Shown piece after piece: positions 1-10,047 of a DNA stretch of 36,413 bases (its first letter is position 1; each line of letters opens with the position of its first letter). The translations under genes were made by a program, and so were the position numbers. Source of the DNA: Eledone cirrhosa (taxonomy: Eukaryota). The notes below the pieces were generated by a model. It made no database searches, had not been told where the DNA came from, and worked only from the letters and a program-made list of their open reading frames with translations. The stretch spans positions 1 through 36,413 of the forward strand of contig CAXHJY010001053.1 of the NCBI GenBank assembly GCA_964016885.1, read 5' to 3'.

Positions 1-1325
1 TGGAATCCCTTCAACAAATATTTGACAAGAAACACAGAGAGTCCCTTTTTGACCACTATGTAATCAAGTGGCTAGGCATCGTGTATCTACTGATATACAT
101 TTGATGCTAGTATTTACAAACAATCAACATTGACATTAAGCAAAGGAATTTTTATCATTCTTACAAAACTATTTTCATACACATGAATGCTTTGAACTTT
201 GGCATTTTCTTATTGTATTCTATTGTTTATTGGATAATCTATGAGGAAATATATCTAGAAATATTATAGCTGTTTCTTTTCATAGAATATGTTTTCCAAG
301 AGAGTTTTTCCACATATAGTTGCTCAGTATTTCAAATGCAGGCTATGCTTTGCATTTCTTAACTACACCAATTTGACAAAGAGCAGTTCTATTCATGACA
401 AGTGACCATACATTCTCATAAATAACTACAGATAAATACAAGCCAAGAGGTCCTACATATTTCCATCCCAAATGCCGTCATTTCTTCACTAAATGTGATT
501 TATGCAACCCATGATACAGGGTGAATTAGTTATAGTTTTGTTCCAAAAATATGAAGAGACTGATTGTCAACAGAAGAAAAAACTATCACAAATTATATGT
601 ATGTTTCAAAGAAAAACACTTGATTCAAAGATAAGTGGAATAGTTAAAGGCCTCATTAAATGATGTCTAGCAGTTTACTTCTGCTAACCTCACAACCCCA
701 AAACCATTGGCATTTTTTCCTTTTGGCTAAACATATAATATAAAATTAAGGCTCCAATATTTTTCCTTTTTATTTTCTGTATTAGTCTTAATGATGGCTA
801 AGTTCTAAAAGTCAAATCATTTGTTGGGAATCTGACTATTTTTCTATGAGTAATGCAAAAATAAAAATCCCTTAGATATTTGAGCAGCAGACAGCATATA
901 TTTTGGACAAAATATATATAAATAACACTATATCTGCTAAACATCGAGACTAGTTATTATTTTAAATTGTATCGTTTTTAGTGAATAAGAGATTTATTTT
1001 GGTCTCATGAGAACAATGAGTTTTTATGTAAAAGAAACATTTGATTTCCGAAACATTTGATTTCATTATAGCACTTTCTTATATATATTAGTGTCTGGGG
1101 TTTTATTCAATGATAAATTGTTTTACCACTTGACACTTGCCGCTGGCATATGACACATGTTGGTTCAGGTAACACTGGTTTTATTGAATAGTCAGGTGAA
1201 TAAGTTTACAGATTCAATTACGCTGTTTACAAACTATTCTTTTTACTTAAAATTGGCGGCATAACATTCGCTGGTAAGAATTATTCAGACAAGTAAGACT
1301 TAAATAAAAGATGCTGATGATAACT

Positions 1326-1470
1326 ACATTCATATTATTTATATAACTACATATGCATATGTATGTGTATAGATATTCACACTTGTATACAAATATATAT
1401 ATATATTGTGTGTGTGTATATATATATATATACACACACACACATATGTATATATTGTGTGTGTGTATAT
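1326..1470. repeat. Compound (TA)n/(TG)n/(CA)n microsatellite
   Basis: Directly visible TATA/TGTG/CACA runs abutting the (ATC)n tail of the adjacent LINE. Confidence 0.95.
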
Positions 1471-2102
1471 ATCATCATCATCATCATTTTACATCCGCTT
1501 TCCCCTGCTTGCAAGGGTGGGATGGGTCTTATTCAGCACAGCATCTCTCCACTTGTCACGGTCCTTCATCATCGCCACCGTGAGCTTCAGCAATCTGAGG
1601 TCTGTTCTCACCACCTCCGCCCATGTTTTTCGTGATCTACCTCTACCACGTCTTGCTTCAACTGGCATTTCCTGGCACTTCTTTGCCCATCGGTCATCCT
1701 CCATGCACATCACATGTCCATACCACTGCAGTCTCCTCTCTTGCACACTACATTCTATCCCTCTCAGACACAGTTTCTCTCTCAACACATTCATGCTGGG
1801 TTGTTCACGCACATTGACATTGCACATCCAACGGAGAATGCTTGCCTCATTTCTCTCCAGCCGTCGCATAACCTCTGCAGTTGCTGCCCAAGTCTCACTA
1901 CCATGCAGCATCGTGCTCCTCACACAGGCATCATATAACCGGCCTTTCGTATGCAAGGAGAAACTCTTCTTCGTCAGCAGAGGAAGCAGCTCCCTAAACT
2001 TCTTCCAACCCGTCCTTATTCTAGATACTATGGTCTCGGAACACGCCCCTCCCATGCTAATCTGATCTCCTAGGTACCGGAAGCTATCCACCACTTCTAT
2101 AG
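1471..2102 (-). mobile_element. RTE-clade LINE, subfamily A, 5'-truncated 3' fragment
   Basis: Minus ORF 1489-2094 (FRYLGDQIS...RTGWKKFRELLPLL...MLHGSETWA...RRLQWYGHV...RGRGRSRKTW) matches the RTE post-RT C-terminal region. The stop is followed directly by a (TGA)n tail (1471-1487). Confidence 0.93.
1489..2094 (-). pseudogene. C-terminal part of RTE ORF (open frame, truncated, not a host gene)
   Basis: 201-aa ORF with RTE motifs YLG, LHGSETW, LxWYGHV and GRxRKTW; lacks the RT core and endonuclease. Confidence 0.88.
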
Positions 2103-2126
2103 CACATATATATATATATATATATA

Positions 2127-2332
2127 GGAACGAGTAGGACCCCGACGAGTAGGACCCCGACGGCTGAGCTCAAGCCGTTTCGATGGCTAATTCTGGACTA
2201 AAATTCTGGATCATTTTAGTTCAGAATTAGCCGTCGAGGTCCTACTCGTTCTTATTACCCACTCTACTACCCTAAGTATTGAGTACTTTGGTTCATTATG
2301 GTCCATCTGGTTCCTTACCACATTTCCTTTGT
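2127..2332 (-). other. (TA)n-bounded fold-back module with a partial hammerhead-like three-way junction (possible Penelope-LTR or retrozyme remnant)
   Basis: Inverted arms 2128-2146/2233-2251 and 2181-2203/2214-2236. Minus strand reads GAAA-CGGCT-TGAGCTC-AGCCG-TC. 15-bp tandem duplication at 2130-2159. The CUGANGA box is absent. Confidence 0.5.
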
Positions 2333-2402
<70 letters not shown>

Positions 2403-2445
2403 GTGTGTGTATATATACATATATATACTATATATATATATATAC

Positions 2446-2476
<31 letters not shown>

Positions 2477-2483
2477 TGTATAT
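2333..2483. repeat. Compound (TA)n microsatellite (putative left target-site copy)
   Basis: Same order of interruptions (CACACATG, TTGTGTGT, TACAT, TTGTAT) as 5105-5245. Confidence 0.9.
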
Positions 2484-5104
2484 ATCATCATCATCATCAT
2501 CGTTTAAGGTCCATTTTCCACGCAAGCATGGGTCTGGACGGGAATTGTCCCACTTGAGGCGAGGTTGGTTGTCTTGCTCAGGACTGTCTGGCGGGTTTTC
2601 TACGGCTGGATGCCTTTCTAACATCAACCACGTTTACAGTGTGGACTGGGAGGTTTTTGCCGTGTTACCTACACGGCCACATTACAGCGGGGACTGTGTG
2701 TTTTATTGTCGTGACACCTACACGTTTGGCAGGTTTTCTATGGCTGGGTGCCCTTCCCAACACCAACCATGTTTACAGTGGGAGGTTTTTACCGTGTTAC
2801 CTACACGGCCATATTACAGCGTGGACTGTGTGTTTTTTTGTCGTGACACCTACACAACCTCATTTGTTTCGGACTGGATGTTGTGGTACCAACATAACTT
2901 CACATTTAAGGGGGTGGTGTGGATGGGGTGGGGTAGTGGGACGGGGGTGTATTTTGTTAGAGGTGACTACTGACTGTAGGTTTCGTTTTGTACTTAGCAA
3001 GGCGGGTCTTCTGTATAACTGTGTAGCGCCAAAGATCTCGGTCCAGTGACATTGTCTTGGAGAGGTGTAAGTGTGTGAGGTCGGAATTTATCAAGTCATC
3101 CCAGATTTTTCTGGGTCTGCCTACTCCGTGGCTACCGTCTATTTTTATCGCCCTGCACTTTTTTATACAGCTGTCGTCTTTCATGCGCATCACATGACCG
3201 TACCAACGTAGTCTTCTCTCGAATAAACAACATCTGATCCCTCTTATTCCTAATTTCTCCCTTAGTTCATTTATGCTTTGCCGTTCACGTATATTACTAT
3301 TACACATCCAGCGGAGCATGCAAGCTTCGTTTCTCTCCAGTCTGCGTATATCCTCTGCACACAATGCCCAGGTCTCACTGCCATGTAACATTGCTGTTCG
3401 TATGCAGGCATCATACAGCCTGCCTTTCATTTTTAGAGAGAACCCTTTAGCGGCCAATAGTGGTATAAACTCTCTGAACTTTTTCCATCCCGTTCTGACT
3501 CTAGCTACTGTACTTTCAGAGCACCCTCCCCCACTGCTGATTTTGTCACCCAGGTAATGGAAGCTGTCCACTATTTCTATAGAACCATCTGTGCAATGGA
3601 ATGAGCTAGTATCCTGTGGGCACTTGCTACTTATTGCACCAGACCACCGGCCACATATAAATTCTATATTCTTAGTTAGCTTACCTGTGAACCCACTACA
3701 TCTTTTATGCACCCATACTTTGCATTTGGGACATAAGATGGAGTTTCTGTCTACTCCTTTCCTACACACTGAGCATGGCCATTTCCCAGATGGGACCGGT
3801 GCCCTATTTTCCTTCCTACAAACTAGAACTTTAGTCTTAGAAAAGTTAACTTTAAGGCCTTTTGATTCTAGGCCATGCTTCTATGTTTGGAATTTCTTCT
3901 CTAGTTCCGCCATTGATTCAGCTATGAGCGTTAGATCATCTGCATATAGGAGTTCCCATGGGCAGCCGGTCTTGAACTCCTCTGTTATAGCCTGAAGGGC
4001 AATAATAAATAGTAGGGGGCTAAGGACGGAGCCCTGATGAACACCAACTTTTACGCTAAACTCTTCACTATATTCGTTGTTAATTCTAACCTTACTGACT
4101 GTTTCTTTATACATGGCTTGTATAGCTCTCACAAGCCATTCATCAACACCTAGTTTTCTAAGGGCCCACCAGATAATTGAGCGGATACTCTGTCAAAGGC
4201 TTTCTCCAAGTCAACAAAAGCTAAGTATAGGGGTTTACTTTTAGCTAGGTACTTCTCCTGTAGTTGTCGTACAATGAAGAGAGCGTCTGTTGCACTTTTA
4301 CCTGACACAAACCCGAACTGCATTTCGTCTAGATCAATTCGCTCTCTGATTAGTTGCGCTATTACTTTTCTGTGACCTTCATGACCTGGTCAATTAATTT
4401 AATGCCTCTATAGTTTCCCCTATCTAGGGCATCAACTTTACCATTGTAGCAGTTAATGATGATGCTGCTGCGCCAGTCCTTCGGAATGACCCAATTCTGT
4501 ATGACTTGGTTTACTATCCGAGTGACCATAGCGTGTCCCACCGTTCCAGATGCTTTCAGCATTTCAGCAACTATTTCCGAAGGCCCGGCCGCCTTGCCCG
4601 TCTTCATGTCTTTGATCGCCTTACTTATTATACTACCTTCAACTTGCACTGCTGGTCGCTCTATTGGGTCGATGTGGGGGAGACTGTCTTTCTCCCAATT
4701 ATTCTCCTCATTTAGTAGCCTTTCGTAGTGACACTTCCAAGCTACCTCCTTATCAGCGTCAGTGATGGCAAGTACACCATCATCATTAAGGACACACTTC
4801 TCCCCGACAATATCACTGTTTTCCTTGACACATTGCCTAGCAATCCTGAACACCTCACGTTTTGGTCTTTGCGTTGTAGAATATGCTTGAACTTTCTTTC
4901 CTCTGCTTCCCTTCTTGCGAAGTACACTTGTCTCCTAGCTTCCCTCCTGGCCACTTGATAGTCTTCTCTACTTCCCCCATCCTGCCATGCTTTCCAAGCC
5001 TGCTTTTTGGCCTTGATAGACCCCTCCATCTTACTGTTCCACCACCAAGTTACTCTCCTCCTGCCTATAGGTCTGCTCCAGCCACAGGTTTCATCTGTCA
5101 CCTT
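2484..5104 (-). mobile_element. RTE-clade LINE, subfamily B, 5'-truncated (RT + PHD-like finger + C-terminus + about 460-bp 3' UTR + (TGA)n tail)
   Basis: Minus ORF pieces: TWWWN..KK.AWKAW (4850-5100), KAAGPSEIVAEMLK and NYRGIKLI (4362-4853), VGVHQGSVLSPLLFII and ELLYADDL (3881-4132), C-terminus 2957-3769. Broken by frameshifts and a TAG at 3881. Tail at 2484-2501. Confidence 0.96.
2957..5104 (-). pseudogene. Disrupted RTE reverse transcriptase ORF
   Basis: YADD catalytic motif near 3934-3948 and QGSVLSP motif, with in-frame stops and frameshifts between ORF segments. Confidence 0.92.
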
Positions 5105-5174
5105 ACATATATATATGTATATATATATATATATATATACATACACACATGTATATATATATTGTGTGTGTGTG

Positions 5175-5210
<36 letters not shown>

Positions 5211-5312
5211 TTGTATATATATGTATATATATATATATATATATATCGGCATAACCAACGGAGTGCTGCTAAATATATATATATATATTGTATATATATA
5301 TATACATATATA
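5105..5312. repeat. Compound (TA)n microsatellite containing an inverted-duplication arm
   Basis: TA/CA/TG runs; unique arm 5245-5273 is the reverse complement of 5313-5341. Confidence 0.9.
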
Positions 5313-5316
5313 TTTA

Positions 5317-5563
5317 GCAGCACTCCATTAGTTATGCCGATGAGTGTTCCAATTGTTATGATCATTGAAACAGCCTGCTCATGAAATCAACATGCAAATG
5401 GCTGAGCATTCCACAAACATGTGTACCCATATTATATTTCTTGGTGAAATTCAGCAAGACACAGAATGCAACAAGGCTAACCCTTCAAATTACAGATACA
5501 ATTCACATTTTGGGACTGAGAGGACTGAAGTGAAATAAAGTCTTGTTCAAGGACACAGTGCAT
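5317..5563 (-). mobile_element. SINE, CORE-like family, body and 3' part (degenerate)
   Basis: GTGAAATAAAGTCTTGTTCAAGGACAC (5530-5556) matches the CORE-like block of the better copy at 18644-18795 (GTGAAATAAAGTGCCTTGCCCAAGGAAAC). The rest resembles an abundant octopus repeat as I recall it. Confidence 0.6.
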
Positions 5564-5565
5564 CA

Positions 5566-5661
5566 GTGATTTCTGCATATGCACCAAATTTAGAAGTGAC
5601 ACATAAGGAAAAGGCCCATTTCTATGAGTTCCTCCTGCAGACCGTTCTAATATTAGATGAC
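5566..5661 (+). mobile_element. RTE apurinic-like endonuclease fragment
   Basis: Hand translation VISAYAPNLEVTHKEKAHFYEFLLQTV matches the RTE endonuclease motif SAYAP..EK..FY..L. Confidence 0.7.
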
Positions 5662-5768
5662 TGTTGTGGTTAGCTCCAGATCATACTTGAATGCATGCAA
5701 ACATGACTCAATTATTTTAGCCCCAACTATTTCAACTTATTTTAAGACATTGGGTATCTATGTAGTAT

Positions 5769-6080
5769 GAATGAACAACTGAAGACAAATGAGCTTAGAG
5801 AAAAAACCATTACAAGAGGAATCAGCTGCAATGTGCATGAGAGGATACTGCAGTTACGGACATGATGCATCGAAAGGATGATAGTTGAGTAAAGTATTCT
5901 CCAGCAATTGAGTTGGAAGAGATCTGCAGATAATGAAGACTGAGAAAGATATGGGAAGAATTAATGAATGCTAATCTCAGAATTCTGAATCTCACAAAAA
6001 AGCTGACAAACTCTTGTAACAAATAACTAGACTTTGTAGTAAGGAAGAGCCATTGAAACTACCCTAGCATGGAAAAACAG
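5769..6080 (+). mobile_element. Old RTE 3' fragment
   Basis: Translates (with frameshifts) NELREK..RGISCNVHER.L..YGH...RKIWEELMNANLRILNLTK, parallel to the young RTE C-termini. Ends in CTAGCATGGAAAA, the shared RTE tail motif. Confidence 0.75.
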
Positions 6081-6234
6081 AAAAAGATAAAGATAGTAAA
6101 TATACCAGCCTCAATAATACATCTTGTATGTATAACATTTTAAAATATTCACCCTTCCCTCTTCCTTTAATTCCAGCCACTGATCCTCTACATAGACACC
6201 CATAAAATTATTTTCATTGTCACCCCACATACAT

Positions 6235-6690
6235 TATCTGAACCTTGACACCTGTAGGTCTCATTTATTTTATTACAATTAAATTCACTATATCAACACA
6301 TTATATTTTGTCACCAGTATCAAATGACTTTTTGTTAGATACTCACAATATTCTGTTCATTATTGCAATGCCCACATCAGACATGCACTTACACATACTC
6401 ACTCACATAAGCATTCACACACACATGCATTCAGACACACATGCACGTACACACATGTTACTTTCTCCTTAAAATACAAAAGGTAAATTTTGCTTTCTTT
6501 TTCCTTTCTCCCTTACTTACATATACTTTGTATAGTTACATCTCTTTCCTCAACTTCACCTCTTACTTATATATTCTCAATGCTATCCAAACCTTTCAGT
6601 TGAAAATCTCTTTCTTTTGAAGGATCAGTGCTGAAATGTCAGATTCCTCTTCTCCCTACAGCATATGAACTTATCCAATTTCATGAACTT
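6235..6690 (+). mobile_element. Possible decayed Penelope-like element 3' end
   Basis: TLTPVGLI at 6242-6265 resembles the GIY-YIG terminal TLxPxGLN motif. It is followed by a CA/CT-rich tract and a decayed minimal-hammerhead-like TTGAAGGATCAGTGCTGAAATGTCAG (6617-6642). Confidence 0.3.
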
Positions 6691-6860
6691 CACCATATAT
6701 ATTGCAGAATTCACTTCTCACTCATATATTTTCTCAATGAAGGGAACAATGAGTGAAGTTGAATAGAAGAGGGACAGAAATGTGTTCTCTGATTCAGGCA
6801 CAAGGCCAACAATTTTGGAGGAGGGTTGGGTGTCATAGCTGAAGGGTGTTTTCAACTCAT

Positions 6861-6958
6861 TAACTTTGCTTTTCATCCTTACGGGGTCGATAAAATAAAG
6901 TACCAGTAATACACTGGGTAATTGCTGGCCTTGTGCCTAATGTAGAAACAATTATTAT
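6861..6958 (+). mobile_element. tRNA-derived SINE family 1, 3' half
   Basis: TAACTTTGCTTTTCATCCTTACGGGGTCGATAAAATAAAGTACCAG...GGCCTTGTGCC...GAAACAATTATTATT, near-identical to 25090-25209. An opposite-strand tail fragment lies at about 6785-6825. Confidence 0.85.
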
Positions 6959-7182
6959 TTTTAAATATGCCTTTTTCATGCTAGCATGGCAGTATTCTAT
7001 GACTCCCCTGCATTATCACATTAAATTTTCATTGATTTGAACTTCAGAGTTGTTTCCCTTACCTTTATTGATAAACATTATCATTAACACTAACATTTTT
7101 TTCTTTTTATTATTATTATTAACTGATTGGAAACTGAGTCTGATTCAACACATTATGTTCACTATGCTTCAATATAACTGTT

Positions 7183-7440
7183 TATGAAGCAAAAAATTAC
7201 AAAATCATTTGATTGTTTTCCATCCAGGGAACATAAGTTAGGTTCAGACTATCATGAGACAGATTAATTTTATCCTACTCATAACTATGTTTCATCCACA
7301 AATTGACTCACAGCAGCAAAAATACAACATCTAGTATAATAACAACCATGGGAGAAAGACAACAGTTTATATTTGTTCAATTGGTTAATAATGCTTCTCT
7401 GCTTCTCTCTGATAATCACTGAAAGCCTCTAAACTGAATC
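7183..7440 (+). pseudogene. Decayed 28S (LSU) rRNA 3'-domain fragment
   Basis: AGGGAACATAAGTTAGGTTCAGACTATCATGAGACAGATTAATTTTATCCTACT aligns by eye to the conserved LSU AGGGAACGTGAGCTGGGTTTAGACCGTCGTGAGACAGGTTAGTTTTACCCTACT. Collinear TGAAGC..GATTGTT upstream and ACTGAAAGCCTCTAA..GAATC at 7418-7440. Confidence 0.75.
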
Positions 7441-7684
7441 TGTGGCTGGAGCCAGAATGTCGTCAAAGGCATCTCAACCAATCCTATGGTACTTTTGTTT
7501 ATACACATAGAAGAAAACTATTGTGAAGTCACAAGCTGTAGCTAAATACTTTGTTATGGCTAATCCAGTTTCAATTTGATCACAGACCTAGAAATAAATA
7601 GTTGCTCTCAGATCACTTGTTTTTACAGATGGATGGCTTTCCTAACAGCAATTTTTTTACTTATCCATTTATTTATTTTCATGA

Positions 7685-7722
7685 GAGTAATTTTATAACA
7701 ACAATAATAACATAACAACATC

Positions 7723-7757
<35 letters not shown>

Positions 7758-8055
7758 TAATAATAAAAAAATAATTGTTTCTACTTTTGGCACAAGGCCA
7801 GCAATTAACCAATACATTACTGGTACTTTATTTTATCGACCCCGTAAGGATGAAAGGCAAAGTTAACCTCGGCGGGATTTGAACTCAGACCATAAAGGGA
7901 CATAACTATGCTGGAAAGCACGCGTCCAACCCTCTACCGATACTGCCAATCCACCGCCCTGTAATAATAAAAATAATAATAAAAACAATAATAATGATAA
8001 CAACAACAACAACAACAATAATACTACTAATAATAATAATAATAATAATAATAAT
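7685..8055. repeat. (AAT)n/(AAC)n microsatellite split by a SINE
   Basis: Trinucleotide runs at 7685-7772 and 7962-8055. Confidence 0.95.
7771..7959 (-). mobile_element. tRNA-derived SINE family 1 (Deu/Nin-like central domain), full length
   Basis: Minus strand has A box TGGCAGTATCGG, B box GAGTTCAAATCC, central GCCTTTCATCCTTACGGGGTCGATAAAATAAAGTACC and an (ATT)n tail. The domain name is from memory. Confidence 0.9.
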
Positions 8056-9497
8056 GTCCTGATCACATAATTGTTTTCCAAGAAATGTCATATAGAATTA
8101 TCTTTTAGAAAACCCAGTAAGATAATATCATATCGGATTAATTAATTCTGTTGATGATATGTTTCCTGGGATAATAATGAAATATTTAATGTTATTAATG
8201 AGGAATTAAGTAATGTTCAATTGTTTACTGTACTGATCAGAAAGGTCACTAAGAAAGTTGATGGTTTAGTCTGTTGAAAAAAATAAATAAAATTCTCAGT
8301 CAGAAGATTTAATTTAGATATTTTAGCTTCTTAATTGGAAATTGTTTCACTGAGGCTGAAATATAATGAAATCAAGGAATTAATTTCAATTGATGTTGCT
8401 TTTATATGTGTACAAGTCAATATGTAATGCAGCTTATCATCTAATATTTTGGTGTGAGGGTTTTGTTTGCTTCATGTATCAAGCGACTGCTTCTACTTTA
8501 TTATCAAAGGGATATTTACTGCTGAATGTCATGTCACTTGAGACCTTAACATTACTTAAATGGTTAAGAGTCTCATTTGGGTTTTATTCAATTAATTGAT
8601 CTAATGCTAATTCATAACTAGAAGTAAATTATTTGTTGAAATTGAATGAGGATATTTCTAAAAGCATTTATACAAATGGTTTGGAAATTTTAGTGAAAAA
8701 TATATATGGAGAACTGACTACATTTAGAAACAATTTATTTGCATGCATTGTGCAAAAATAATATTTTAAGGAGGTACGTTGTTAATAATGTAAAGTAGAT
8801 AGTACAGTTTTGGCAAAGATAGATCATAATCTGGTTTCAATTCCTTGGTGACCTTTTATTTCTCTTACATGAATTACAGCTGACTAAAGCAACAGAGCAT
8901 TGAACTACTGACCAAACAATTGTTAATAGATGTCACCAGTACTATACAATGAATCACAGCTAATCTCTAAGGGTGGACGGAGCACCATATAATTGATCTT
9001 TGTTTTATTAGCTTAACTGTTTATGTTAAAGAGCACTTAAGTTTTGGGTCTTAATAAGTTCTTGGTTGCCTCTAACTGAGTCCAGGTCTTTGACCTGAGG
9101 ATAACACACTCCCTTCCTACTGCCAGCCTCAGAGTTCCTTGAAACAAGTCAATTTCTCTGCCTTTCCTCCTCAGATTAAATCAGGAAACAAAATCATTCT
9201 TTAAAAAGTGTTTACAACACTTCAACAAATGCTAGAAACCCATTTCTCTTATTAAGTAAGTCAATAAAACTAATCCCACATCAATAGTTCATCTCATTAT
9301 ACTACAACATACAATTGCCTTTATTCATCAGAAGGTTGAGAAATAACCACTATTCCCATACTCAACCTCATGCCTTAATCTTCAATTCTCTTTATCTACC
9401 TTGTTATTAGATTCAAGACTTTGTTATAATTCAAGCTGCATTATCATGATGTCTATCTCCAAAATTATTTCATGCTATACTCAAAATATGCAACAAA

Positions 9498-9693
9498 AGA
9501 GCATCAAAGTGGTTGCTCTATATGCTAGAAATAATTGCTTGATCTCCTTATAAGTATACACTACTCTCTTAGAAAAGGAATATGAGAATGGATAATGTAG
9601 AACTTGTTACACAATATCTGAAATAAAGATGGCATTGTTATGACTGGAATACTTTTAATCATATATCTCTTTGATCTAAACAATTATAACAAC
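9498..9693 (+). mobile_element. About 200-bp interspersed repeat with (CAA)n-like end (family 3)
   Basis: Shares TGCTAGAAATA..., GGATAATGTAG, ATGACTGGAATACTTTTAATCATA and ACAAC end with copies at 15485, 25905, 27848 and 35813. Confidence 0.6.
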
Positions 9694-9716
9694 GAGAAGA
9701 TATGATCTATTACAAA

Positions 9717-9821
9717 ATAATTGTTTCTACTTTAGGCACAAGGCCAGCAATTAACCAGTGCATTACTGGTACTTTATTTTATCGACCCCCGTAAGGATGA
9801 AAGGCAAAGTCAAGCTCGGTG
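9717..9821 (-). mobile_element. tRNA-derived SINE family 1, 5'-truncated
   Basis: Near-identical to 7771-7875. Confidence 0.88.
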
Positions 9822-10047
9822 ATATATTACATAATAATGAAAGATTCTATGATCATGTATATAACATAAAAAAACCTCTTTGAAAATTTTATTTTCAACT
9901 ATAAATTTTACAATAATTATAAGATAAACTATAATATAATACAAAATATTTATTTTTGTTTTCAAATAAATGGAAGTGGGAAATACTACATTAATCCAAA
10001 AACGATTAATAAATAAATAAATAAAAATGATAAATATTTAACTTTAA

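Noticed and set aside
1034-1064. 16-bp-period duplication GAAACATTTGATTTC x2
   Set aside because: Ordinary local slippage with no wider structure.
1247-1635. YIYI/CVCV ORFs here and at 2211-2557, 4883-5384, 20073-20455 and 21913-22273
   Set aside because: Dinucleotide microsatellite translations.
1406-2065. 219-aa plus-strand ORF, and similar ORFs at 3273-3995, 4456-4958 and 34033-34587
   Set aside because: Antisense shadows of RTE coding sequence.
5337-5375. CCGATGAG...GAAAC as a hammerhead core
   Set aside because: C instead of U in the core, no convincing stems II and III, and it lies inside the SINE body.
7623-8091. Poly-Leu and poly-Ile ORFs resembling signal peptides or membrane segments
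   Set aside because: (AAT)n microsatellite plus SINE sequence.
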